Positions 17,635 through 26,666 of a stretch of 64,000 nucleotides of DNA are shown here, one piece after another. The notes beneath the pieces are model-generated. The model was given only the letters and a program-made list of their open reading frames with translations, made no database searches and was not told the DNA's origin. Source of the stretch: Thermoproteota archaeon. GTDB lineage: Archaea > Korarchaeota > Korarchaeia > Korarchaeales > JAOZGB01. The stretch lies in contig JAVCBU010000006.1 in the NCBI GenBank assembly GCA_037917685.1, positions 320,001 through 384,000 on the forward strand. Direction: 5' to 3'. The translations under genes and the position numbers were made by a program. Within the stretch, counting starts at the first letter, position 1; each line of letters starts with the position of its first letter.

Positions 17635-18604
17635 GAACTTCTGGGTTCACTATTGTCGGCGGTTTCCTACCCTCGAAGAATGCAATCAGATTCTCAGCGA
17701 CTATCTCAGCCATCCGTGACCTAGTTTCAATTGATGCACTGGCAATGTGGGGCGTAGCTACGAAATTGTCAAGCTCGAGCAGCGGGTTGGTTGTAGGTGT
17801 AGGCTCCTGCTCGAAAACATCACAGGCAGCAGCGAATATCCACTTCTCCTTCAAAGCCCTATACAACGCTTCCTGGTCGACAACCTTACCCCTAGCAGTA
17901 TTGATTAGTACAGCTGTCGGCTTCATAAGCTTAAGTTCCCTCTCACCAATGAGATGATACGTTCCCTCTGTTAATGGGACATGAAGACTTACAAAGTCAG
18001 CCTCCCTTAGAAGATCATCAAGCTCCCGGTACTCAATTCCAAGCTTCTCCTCGAGATCCTTCCTTCTTATAACATCGTAGTAAATAATCTTCATGTCGAA
18101 TCCCTTAGCGCGCTTTGCAACAGCGCTACCTATTCTACCAAGCCCCACGATCCCCAGAGTTCTGCCGTAGACATCTTGGCCAAGCATCATCAGGGGATGC
18201 CATCCAACCTTCCACTTACCAGCCCTAACATACTTATCAGCTTCAACAACCCTTCTAGCCGCTGAGAGTAGCAATGCCATCGTGAAGTCGGCAACTGTCT
18301 CAGTTAAAACGCCAGGAGTATTGGTGACTACTATACTCCTCTCCGTGGCAGCCTTAACATCAATATTATCGTATCCCACGGCGTACTGTGCAATAATCTT
18401 AAGGTTCGGCGCTGCATCCATCACCTCGGCGTCTATAGGATCCGTAAGAAGCGAAACAAGAGCATCCTTATCCCTAACCTTCTCAATGATCACCTTCTTC
18501 GGCGGGGGAGCCTCCTCAGGCCATATCTCAACATCAAACCTCTCCCTGATCTTATTAAGCCCCCTTTCGGGTATCATCCTCGTCATATACACTTTAGGCT
18601 TCAA
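17618..18604 (-). CDS. gyaR: glyoxylate reductase (D-2-hydroxyacid dehydrogenase)
   Basis: QYAVGYDNID, TNTPGVLT, GLGRIG, INTARG, PHIASA. Confidence 0.9.
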   Translation of the reverse strand: MKPKVYMTRMIPERGLNKIRERFDVEIWPEEAPPPKKVIIEKVRDKDALVSLLTDPIDAEVMDAAPNLKIIAQYAVGYDNIDVKAATERSIVVTNTPGVLTETVADFTMALLLSAARRVVEADKYVRAGKWKVGWHPLMMLGQDVYGRTLGIVGLGRIGSAVAKRAKGFDMKIIYYDVIRRKDLEEKLGIEYRELDDLLREADFVSLHVPLTEGTYHLIGERELKLMKPTAVLINTARGKVVDQEALYRALKEKWIFAAACDVFEQEPTPTTNPLLELDNFVATPHIASASIETRSRMAEIVAENLIAFFEGRKPPTIVNPEVLEGKA

Positions 18605-18650
18605 ACATTATCACCTCCACCAAACTCTTACCGATACATACCTATTAACC

Positions 18651-19187
18651 TTACCGCAGAGGCTTAAACAATGAGAGGAGATAAACAGCTTCCCTCCTCC
18701 TCTCACTTGTAACCCTGACAGCAACGAAACCCTCCCCTGGCTGGCCGTAAACCATTACCCAACCATCAGGGGCCAATATGACAGCCGGAAAGCCAAGCAG
18801 ATCCTCCTCACCATCAACAAGCACGAAAACTCTTACACCATCAATCGAAGACTCAATAGCAGACTTAACAGCATGCCAAGCCTTAACCGTTATGCATCCA
18901 GGCGGATTCTCAGTACTAAGAACCCTATAGCCCTCCGGGGGCTTCAAAGGGTACGGCATCCTCTCCACAAACCCGTCCCCAATAATAACTGCGGGCCTCA
19001 GCCCTGCAAGAACGAAGCTGGAGCCAACAAAATCCCCAACAGCCACGACATTCACTCCTTTGAAAATATGAGGATCTAAACTCCTATATAACATCCCCCT
19101 AGGCTTCCTAACAATCCTCGCAACCTCCTCTGTTACCCTAAGATCCACCAAAAGGTTCAAATTCTCATCCAGAAAACCCAACCACAC
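18651..19187 (-). CDS. GTP-dependent dephospho-CoA kinase (DUF359)
   Basis: VAVGD, NPPGCIT, VDGEEDL, YGQPGEG. Confidence 0.88.
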   Translation of the reverse strand: MWLGFLDENLNLLVDLRVTEEVARIVRKPRGMLYRSLDPHIFKGVNVVAVGDFVGSSFVLAGLRPAVIIGDGFVERMPYPLKPPEGYRVLSTENPPGCITVKAWHAVKSAIESSIDGVRVFVLVDGEEDLLGFPAVILAPDGWVMVYGQPGEGFVAVRVTSERRREAVYLLSLFKPLR

Positions 19188-19457
19188 CCCCCGGCCTATT
19201 ACCCCCTACGAAATTTAGAAATATTACCAGACCCTTTCCGAATTGAAAGTAGGCGTGGTTGAAATACGCGATAATGGAAGGATAATAAAAGTACATAGAC
19301 GGCTTAGAGGTGGCAGGGAAACCTTAATCAGCTATACCTCTCGATCCTTTCAAAACTGAAAACTTTTATCAGCAGAGGAATATTTGGCTTGGCTATTTGC
19401 AATGAGCTTATAAGCTGACTTATTAACTACATCAGGGTTACTATTTATAGGGTTTGT

Positions 19458-19898
19458 TTGAGCCTCGTTGAGGTAGCGGTCTGCAAGCTCGTTGAAAGTC
19501 TAGGTGACAGAGTTGTTGCAGTAGCCCTATTTGGCAGTAGGGCTAGAGGTGAATCCTCTGAGCATAGTGATTATGACTTCCTAGTCATTGTTAGGGATAT
19601 GGATGAATGTGACAGGAGATTTAAGATTTATGATCCGCTGTACAAAGTTTTAAAGCGGGATATCACAGTGATTGATATTTCTGAAGACAAGATTTTCAGG
19701 GAGAATCTTGAGATAGACTCCTTCCTTTTAAATATAGCTTATGATGGTGTTATCCTGTACGATCCATCCGGTAAGCTTAAAGAACTCTTTAATAGGATCA
19801 AGAAGGCTATTAAAGGTAAACTAGTCAGGTACAAGACAAAAGATGGGAAATATGGGTGGAAGCCCTTGGATGGGTTTTTAAAGCCAATAGAGGTGTAA
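19458..19898 (+). CDS. minimal nucleotidyltransferase (MNT antitoxin-like)
   Basis: LFGSRARG...SDYDFLVI, GVILYD. Confidence 0.9.
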   Translation: MSLVEVAVCKLVESLGDRVVAVALFGSRARGESSEHSDYDFLVIVRDMDECDRRFKIYDPLYKVLKRDITVIDISEDKIFRENLEIDSFLLNIAYDGVILYDPSGKLKELFNRIKKAIKGKLVRYKTKDGKYGWKPLDGFLKPIEV

Positions 19899-19902
19899 AA
19901 GT

Positions 19903-20338
19903 TTGAAGATAAATCCTGAGAGTGAGGTGAAGTATAGGATTAAGCTTGCAGAGGGGTATGCGGAGAGAGCCAGGAAATTTCTCAGGCAGGGCTTCTACAA
20001 AGAATGTGTCGAAGCAGCCCAGTTGTCAATAGAGAACTCGGCGAAGGCCATCGTAGCCCTTAGAAGAATGCCGAGCTGGAGCCATGATCCGTCTCAAGAG
20101 CTCTACGAGATAATACCTGAGCTACCAGAAAAATGTAGGAAGCTGGCAGAGAGACTTGCCCATTTATCTCACGCAGTTGCTCCTGAGCATGGCACCTCAA
20201 CTTATGGAAGACCCAGTGAGTCTAGCCCCCTGGGAGATTTACGATGAGGAAGATGCCAGAAACATTCTAAAAAAGGTTGAAGAAGCCCTTAAGCTTATGA
20301 AACAAATACTTCAAACATTGCATAAGCATGCCCCCTGA
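19903..20338 (+). pseudogene. HEPN-domain protein, frameshifted
   Basis: AQLSIENSAKA, WSHD, HGTSTYG in one frame; natural C-terminus LAPWEIYDEEDARNILKKVEEAL in another; shift near 20218-20223. Confidence 0.8.
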
Positions 20339-20641
20339 AAATTAGACCTTTTACGCGCGCGATCCTTGCAACTGTCTCCTGAACCTTGATTATCACACCT
20401 CATCATCCACCTCCTCCTCAAGTATCTTAAGAGATTTAACAATCATCTGTATCCCGCTATTAGCTGGCCAGCTACTATGGCGGTTATATCCGCAAGGGCG
20501 ACCCCGACGTATAGCCCTCTCTCGTATGGTGTTAAAGTACTATTGAATGTAGCCGTGCTCATCAAGTAGTCAAAGTTTGTCACCCAGTAGAGGTCATATA
20601 CTCCCTGGAAAATAAATCCTCAACAAAATCCAGGATACTAG

Positions 20642-20730
20642 TGGGGCCGCCGGGATTTGAACCCGGGATCACCAGCGCCCCAGGCTGGCATCCTTTTGTG
20701 CACATGCTTACCAAGCTGGACCACGGCCCC
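20642..20730 (-). tRNA. tRNA-Pro(GGG) with 15-nt D-loop intron (20694-20708)
   Basis: Acceptor stem GGGGCCG/CGGCCCC, anticodon arm CCAGC-CTGGGGC-GCTGG, T arm CCGGG-TTCAAAT-CCCGG; removing AGCATGTGCACAAAA restores D arm GTCC-AGCTTGGTA-GGAT; CCA not encoded. Confidence 0.93.
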
Positions 20731-20833
20731 AAAGAGCCTTCTGACAAGCTCACTAATATAACAGCCTATTGGTTTTTAATGTTTATTTTTGAATGTATTC
20801 CAGGTGTAAGCGATACTAGGGATATCATTTCGG

Positions 20834-21751
20834 CTAAAGGGGTATCTGAAATTCTTGAAGGTCTTTTGCTAGTATTACTTTGTTGAAGTATTGTTTCGCT
20901 TCTTGTAGTATCTCTTCTAGGTCTTGATTATCATATCTTGCACTGAAGTGCGTTAGGGCTAGAGCTTTTACCTGTGCCTCTCTAGCTATCTGACATGCTT
21001 CCTCCACGGTGCTGTGCCATGTTTCTTTGGCTCTTTCTTTCATGTCCGACCTGAACGTTGCATCATGTATTAGTAAGTCGGCTTTCCATGCAGCTTTAAC
21101 TGTCTCAGACGTTGGTCTTGTGTCGCTTGAGTATACTACTTTCCTCCCCGGTCTTGGAGGCCCTAATACGTCTTTTGGGTGGACTATTCTCCCGTTTGGT
21201 AGTTCTACGGGGATTCCCTTCTGTAAGAGCCCCCTTAGCATTCTTGGTACGCCTAGCTCGTCTGACTTCTTTACATCATACTTTCCGGGTAGCGGTTTCT
21301 CTTCTAGGACTATACCATAGGTTGGAATGTCCCCGTGCTCAACCTTGAACGTTTTTATCCTGTAGTCCTGGTAGGTATAGATTGTAGGTCTGTCAAATTC
21401 TTCTATTTTTATAGGGAACGCTTCCCTGAACCTTGCCACTCTGCATGCCGTTTCTACGTACTCTTTTATCCCTGTCGGCCCATATATCTCTAGAGGGCTT
21501 GTTCTCCTCAGTATCGACATTGTTTGCAGTAGGGCTGGCAAGCCTAAGAAGTGGTCGCCATGGAGGTGGGTTATGAATATTCTTTTCAGCCGGCTTATCC
21601 CCAGTTTGGACCTTATGATTTGCCTTTGGGTTCCATCCCCGCAGTCTATTAAGATGTATTCTCCTCCTCTTTTTATGGCTATGCTTGTTAGGCCTCTATC
21701 CTTGGTTGGGACGGCGCTGGAAGTGCCGAGGAATACTACTTTTAAGAGCAA
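20834..21751 (-). CDS. rnz: ribonuclease Z
   Basis: FLGTSSAVP, DCGDGTQ, ITHLHGDH, SDTRP, HDATF, HST, THFSARY. Confidence 0.95.
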   Translation of the reverse strand: MLLKVVFLGTSSAVPTKDRGLTSIAIKRGGEYILIDCGDGTQRQIIRSKLGISRLKRIFITHLHGDHFLGLPALLQTMSILRRTSPLEIYGPTGIKEYVETACRVARFREAFPIKIEEFDRPTIYTYQDYRIKTFKVEHGDIPTYGIVLEEKPLPGKYDVKKSDELGVPRMLRGLLQKGIPVELPNGRIVHPKDVLGPPRPGRKVVYSSDTRPTSETVKAAWKADLLIHDATFRSDMKERAKETWHSTVEEACQIAREAQVKALALTHFSARYDNQDLEEILQEAKQYFNKVILAKDLQEFQIPL

Positions 21752-21754
21752 GTT

Positions 21755-22777
21755 CTACCTCCTCGCGACGGTAAATTTTCTAGTTAGCCCTCCGTGGACA
21801 TACTGGTAGTGTTTTTCTAAAACTTTGAAGCCCGAGTCTTCAAGGTACTCCTCTATTTTTGACTCTTTAGGAGTTGCGATGCAAATGTATCCGCCTGGCT
21901 TGAGGTAGGTAGCTGCTTTTCGGGCGAATATTTTCAGCAGTTCCTCCCTACTTTGGCCGTGGGGCATAGTTCCTCTTCCGTACGGTGGATCAGTGGCTAT
22001 TGCATCGATGTTTTCATTATATTCCAAGTAAAGGGCGTTTCCATGGTGTAGTTCGACGTTTTCTATCCCATAGTATAGCATTACCTGTTCAGCTTCTCTT
22101 ATTCTTCTCATTGATATGTCTACTCCTATTGCGTGGCATCCTATTAGAGAAGCCTCGACTAGAATACCGCCAGATCCACAGAATGGGTCGAGGAGGGTTT
22201 CTCCAGGTTTGGCTCTTGCTAGATTAACCATTGCCCGGCACACTGTGGGTTTCATCGCCCCTGGGTGGAAGAACGCCTGTAGACTTGCCTCTCTTGCGAC
22301 AAGCACCGACCTGTCAACATCTTTGATTGTTTTCCCTACGATGCAGTATTTATCTGTGAGTAGGACAGTTATTTCAACCTGCGGGTTCTCCATATCTCCC
22401 TTAAGATGTGGATTCCAGGATTTTACCATCCTTCCAAGCTCTCTTTCAACCTTCAGTCTTTCAACTTCAGCCTTGAAGCTTCCTGTCTTGTAGGCTCTCA
22501 CCCTGAAGGTTTCAGCCTCCACCTCGAATGGTTCTATCCTTCTCAGGTCTTCCAAGCTTTTGAAGTTTTCCAGAGTTCGTATGTGTTGGCAAATTTTCTG
22601 TGTGTACGCTGCCCTTCTTGATATTGCTTCTATGGAGCTTTCGCCGGCTTCAAATATGAGGCATTTAAAACATGTCTTAATTATTCGGTATTTTACCCTT
22701 TCCGCTTCAAGTATGCCCCTAATCTCGGCTGCGGGTATGGTTGGGTTTTCTCCTGAGAGGATTGCAAATAGCTTCAA
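21755..22777 (-). CDS. tRNA (guanine-10-N2)-methyltransferase (THUMP + MTase)
   Basis: FFHPGAM, LDPFCGSGG, ATDPPYGR, VHGGLTR. Confidence 0.9.
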   Translation of the reverse strand: MKLFAILSGENPTIPAAEIRGILEAERVKYRIIKTCFKCLIFEAGESSIEAISRRAAYTQKICQHIRTLENFKSLEDLRRIEPFEVEAETFRVRAYKTGSFKAEVERLKVERELGRMVKSWNPHLKGDMENPQVEITVLLTDKYCIVGKTIKDVDRSVLVAREASLQAFFHPGAMKPTVCRAMVNLARAKPGETLLDPFCGSGGILVEASLIGCHAIGVDISMRRIREAEQVMLYYGIENVELHHGNALYLEYNENIDAIATDPPYGRGTMPHGQSREELLKIFARKAATYLKPGGYICIATPKESKIEEYLEDSGFKVLEKHYQYVHGGLTRKFTVARR

Positions 22778-23766
22778 CGAGTATCACCAATCAGCATGGA
22801 GACTTCTTCTAAGAGCTTGCTGATACCTTGGCCTGTGGCCGCTGATATTATGCGGATGTTCTTCACTCTCTCATTTAACTTTCTTAGCCCATACTTAAAT
22901 GTTTCAAGGTCGGATTTATTTGCTGTTACGATAAACTTTTCTTTGTCCACTATCTGCCTCAAACTATCCAGTATTGCAAGCTGATTCTCAAGCGGGTACC
23001 CACACGTCTCCGTTGGATCTACAAGAAACACGACAACCTTGGCTAAATGTCTTATGGCGGCGATAGCCCTTCTTTCAACATTATTATGCTCTTCTAGTGG
23101 CTTGTCAAGAATCCCAGGTGTGTCTATGACTTGAACCACCTGCCCTCTGAGTGTTATGTGTCCAACAATAATATTCTTAGTTGTGAAAGGGTATTCAGCT
23201 ATTTTAGGCTTAGCCTTTGTAATTCTTTTCAGAAGCGTGCTTTTACCTGTGTTTGGTGCGCCGGCAAGGACGAGTGACGGCATATCGGTGTCTATGGTTG
23301 CGAGTTTGTCAAGCTTAACTGCGACATCCTTTATGAATTCGAGCTCGGGTGAAATCTGCTTTATGACCGAGGAGAATCTCCCAGTTGCGCTCTTTCTAAT
23401 CCTAATAAGTTCCCTCTCCGAATCTGCAACCCTTAGAAGCCTTCTATGCTGCCTTAATATCCTCTTAACCGTGCGATATGCCCAGTCAGCAGCCCCTAGT
23501 GAATGTTTAAGCTTGTCTACATCGATGAATGTAGAAATGAGTTCCCTGTAGAATGGGTGTAGGCTATCTATGCTTGGAAATCCTCTCACGACATTGTAGA
23601 GAAATCTCTGGGCTGCACCCTCAAACTGTTCTAGCCGTACCCGTTCCACGTATCTTCGTCTATCTATCCCTTTGAGTGTTGTAGGGACTTGTTTCCTCCT
23701 AAATGCTTTGCGGAAGGCGTAGTCTATTATCTCGTCTGAAGTGTAAACCATTGGCAGTTTTAGCAT
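22774..23766 (-). CDS. NOG1-family GTP-binding protein
   Basis: LHPFYREL, GAPNTGKS, YPFTT, DTPG, NKSD. Confidence 0.93.
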   Translation of the reverse strand: MLKLPMVYTSDEIIDYAFRKAFRRKQVPTTLKGIDRRRYVERVRLEQFEGAAQRFLYNVVRGFPSIDSLHPFYRELISTFIDVDKLKHSLGAADWAYRTVKRILRQHRRLLRVADSERELIRIRKSATGRFSSVIKQISPELEFIKDVAVKLDKLATIDTDMPSLVLAGAPNTGKSTLLKRITKAKPKIAEYPFTTKNIIVGHITLRGQVVQVIDTPGILDKPLEEHNNVERRAIAAIRHLAKVVVFLVDPTETCGYPLENQLAILDSLRQIVDKEKFIVTANKSDLETFKYGLRKLNERVKNIRIISAATGQGISKLLEEVSMLIGDTR

Positions 23767-23767
23767 T

Positions 23768-24868
23768 CTAACCGCCCGGAAGGTAGAAAAGTAGCATGCT
23801 TAAGCCAAGGGTGCCCCAGACAGCTATACTTATAGCATAGAGTATTTTCCTCCTTCCCTCAAGGTACATCTCTACTATCTTACCCCCATCTGCGGGGAGA
23901 GCGGGTAGAAAGTTAAACATAGCTAATCCAAGGTTTATCCACATATTTAGACTTAGGTAGGTGTAGATTTTAACGGCAAGCTCTCCCTTGACGTTTATCC
24001 TAGGCTTGTAGTAATCGCCAGTGTATAATTTAAGACCCATAAACCCTATACTCCTGTTCCTAGGGTTTTCAGCAAGCCTGACTGTGAAATTCCCCCTCTC
24101 GGTTGTTATTACAAGGTCTTCCCCCGGCTTAGTACCCAACATATACCTTGCCAGCTCTAGGTAGCTTCTTATTCTGGTGTCATTCAGCGCTATAATTATA
24201 TCTCCAGCCCTCAAAACTCCTTCAGATGGCTGCCCCTTTAAAGGCTCAACTATGTACACGCCATATGGTTCTCGGGGGAAGCCTATGAACATTGACGCTA
24301 TAAGAATGAATGTGAGTCCTGCGACAATATAGTTTCCCACGCTTCCGGCGGAGTATATCCTAAACCTTTTCCTACGCGAAACCTTTTTAAGATCTTCATC
24401 TTCAAGCTCGACAAAAAAACCTATAAGCGCAAATAACACTGCAAGGCCAGCGTTTTTCACCCTAACCCCCATTGATAGTGCAGTTAGCCCATGGAAAGCC
24501 TCGTGTACCACGGCAAGCACTACTATCGTAGCTATTAAAGCCCAGTCAAATGGGATGGTTACATATGGGATTAATGGTATAGCAGCAGGCTGATTCGAGT
24601 ACCCAAGGACCTGATTTATGGTTTTCGAAGCCAGATACCACAAGCCGAATACAGCACTTGCTGGTGCGAGGATGTACCCTAAAACTGACAGCGTTGAAAC
24701 AACATTCCTTACCACGCCTGGAGTATTAAAGATTAGATCTTTAAGCTTTTCAATCCTCCACACTAATATGAAGGGGTCTATCTCTATCCCGTACCTTTCA
24801 AGTTTAGCTAAATTCCCTAAAAAGTACAACGCAGCCCAGAATACTATTAGGCAGATCAATAGGCTCAT
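23768..24868 (-). CDS. site-2 (M50) intramembrane protease with PDZ domain
   Basis: HEAFH, AGSVGN, NFLPALPADGG, central PDZ. Confidence 0.92.
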   Translation of the reverse strand: MSLLICLIVFWAALYFLGNLAKLERYGIEIDPFILVWRIEKLKDLIFNTPGVVRNVVSTLSVLGYILAPASAVFGLWYLASKTINQVLGYSNQPAAIPLIPYVTIPFDWALIATIVVLAVVHEAFHGLTALSMGVRVKNAGLAVLFALIGFFVELEDEDLKKVSRRKRFRIYSAGSVGNYIVAGLTFILIASMFIGFPREPYGVYIVEPLKGQPSEGVLRAGDIIIALNDTRIRSYLELARYMLGTKPGEDLVITTERGNFTVRLAENPRNRSIGFMGLKLYTGDYYKPRINVKGELAVKIYTYLSLNMWINLGLAMFNFLPALPADGGKIVEMYLEGRRKILYAISIAVWGTLGLSMLLFYLPGG

Positions 24869-26004
24869 TGCCCGGTCATCTCCTCAACGATGGTCGCATA
24901 CACCCTTGCGGAGGTAACTACACTATCAAATTCAACATATTCGTCAGGGGCATGCTCGTTCATCCCGGAAGGACCGAAGACCAGAGTTGGAATCTTGGCT
25001 CTATTGTTGAGGTAGTTTGCATCATTAACAGATGCTGAAATACCTAGCTCTGGGGGGCGTCTCAACACACGGGTGATGATTTCTCTCACTTTTTCGACGA
25101 TTTCGTTTTCGATGTAGTAGGGTTCCATGTAGGGTGTTGGTCTCTTCATTAAATCGATGTTTGGTTTAACTTTCAGGTTTGGCGTTTCGAAGACAGCCTT
25201 TATAAACCTCTTTCTAGCCGATATCTTACTAACCCCCGGCGGATAGTGGACGTCAACCCTTAATATGCATCTCTCCGGGTGAGTTAGGATTGATTCGCTT
25301 GACTTTATACTTAGAGGTGCAACGTTGGTTCTGGCTTTATCTTTTCCAGTTGGGAATGATGCTTTGGTTAGGTACAACACTATCTTACTTGCCTCAACTA
25401 TAGTGTTTATAGCACCCTTCGTTACTGCACCGTGGGAAGGCCTCCCTCTTATGTCAACATCGAACACAAGTCTCCCATGGCCTCCACGCACCAGTCTAAG
25501 CCTTGTGGGTTCGGCGACGATGGCTAACTTTACATTTCTTAATTTTCCACTTTCTATTAGTGTATATGTCCCCCTACTAAACCCTTCTTCGTCGCATACG
25601 GCTGAGAAGATAATTGTTTTCCTTGGCTTGAACTCGGAGTCTTTCATGGCATAGAAGACCTCCATTATGGCTGCAAGGCCAGCCTTGGTATCTAAGGCTC
25701 CCAAGCCGTATATTCTGCCGTCTTCTTCTTCGCCATTTATGTTCTTCGTCCATCCAGAAAAGGGCTCTACCGTGTCCATGTGTGTATTGAGGAGTAGCGC
25801 CTCACTGGATTCACCCCTTATTATTCCTATGATGTTCCCGCCACAATCTGGGACTGGCTGCAGCGTTACATTGTCGCAGATAGGCCGTAGCTTTCTGTTT
25901 AGATAGTCTACAATCATGTCTTCCTTGGTATAAATGCTTCTTATCGAGATGAGTCTTAAAAGAGTCTCCTTAAGCCTATCCTCATTAATATACTCTGCCA
26001 ACAT
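24865..26004 (-). CDS. M20/ArgE/DapE-family metallopeptidase
   Basis: HMDTV, GLGALDTKAG, DEE, AEP, HAPDE. Confidence 0.9.
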   Translation of the reverse strand: MLAEYINEDRLKETLLRLISIRSIYTKEDMIVDYLNRKLRPICDNVTLQPVPDCGGNIIGIIRGESSEALLLNTHMDTVEPFSGWTKNINGEEEDGRIYGLGALDTKAGLAAIMEVFYAMKDSEFKPRKTIIFSAVCDEEGFSRGTYTLIESGKLRNVKLAIVAEPTRLRLVRGGHGRLVFDVDIRGRPSHGAVTKGAINTIVEASKIVLYLTKASFPTGKDKARTNVAPLSIKSSESILTHPERCILRVDVHYPPGVSKISARKRFIKAVFETPNLKVKPNIDLMKRPTPYMEPYYIENEIVEKVREIITRVLRRPPELGISASVNDANYLNNRAKIPTLVFGPSGMNEHAPDEYVEFDSVVTSARVYATIVEEMTGQ

Positions 26005-26019
26005 GATAGATCCAGCCCC

Positions 26020-26619
26020 CTAGAACTTTACACGTTTCTCCCGGAAGCCCTTCCTATCTATTATGAGAAGATCTACACCATCTCCGGTTAAAACGTCCCT
26101 GCTTATAGCTGACTTAACTGCTTTAACCGCAAGCTCTTCACAATCTCCAATTTTCATGTCTTCCTTATACTCCTTCTCCATAATACCCATTGCGAGCTCA
26201 GCCCCCGAGCCTACGGCAGCATACTTCTCTAGTATTACAGAGCCCACGATGTCAAGGGTATATATTTGGCTTCCATCCTCATCTATTCCTCCGACTATTA
26301 TCTCTGTTATAAACGGATAGAGAAACCTTCTTCCAAACAAGATATTTGAGAGAAGGCGTGCGCAGGTTTTTACTTTTATCTCATCCAAACCCAACTCGAG
26401 CATGTATAGGTCAGCATTTGCCTTAACATACTTGGTGAGCCTCTGGAAATCCGAAGGCAGCCCAGCGCAGGCCATCCCAACGTTAAAAGCGATAGGAAAA
26501 GTCTTTTTAATCCTTTTAGACGCTATAAAAGTCCCATATGTTGCTCTCCTGTCTGTTGCAAGGACTACACCTTCTCTACATGCGATTCCTATAGCAGTTG
26601 CCCCTAGGTAAACTCCCAA
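26020..26619 (-). CDS. psmB: proteasome beta subunit (GAT-type N-terminus, probably the non-catalytic paralog)
   Basis: GATAIG, GVVLATDRRAT, AVGSG, RDVLTGDG. Confidence 0.9.
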   Translation of the reverse strand: MGVYLGATAIGIACREGVVLATDRRATYGTFIASKRIKKTFPIAFNVGMACAGLPSDFQRLTKYVKANADLYMLELGLDEIKVKTCARLLSNILFGRRFLYPFITEIIVGGIDEDGSQIYTLDIVGSVILEKYAAVGSGAELAMGIMEKEYKEDMKIGDCEELAVKAVKSAISRDVLTGDGVDLLIIDRKGFREKRVKF

Positions 26620-26666
26620 AGTTATCCCCCTTTACTATTTCTCAACCCTGGAGATAAATAATATAT

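Noticed and set aside
19190-19457. A true CRISPR array or an att direct repeat of the tRNA 3' end
   Set aside because: Only two degenerate repeat-like units without regular spacing, and no copy of the tRNA 3' end was seen. Kept only as a low-confidence finding.
20375-20415. Box C-like ATGATGA on the minus strand, suggesting a C/D sRNA
   Set aside because: No downstream CTGA box D at a suitable distance.
20641-20886. 81-aa ORF MGPPGFEPG
   Set aside because: Antisense reading of the tRNA-Pro gene.
26020-26619. Proteasome beta lacking the TTT catalytic N-terminus, as a pseudogene or novelty
   Set aside because: A second beta paralog with an AT-type N-terminus is usual in archaea with two beta genes, and the ORF is intact.
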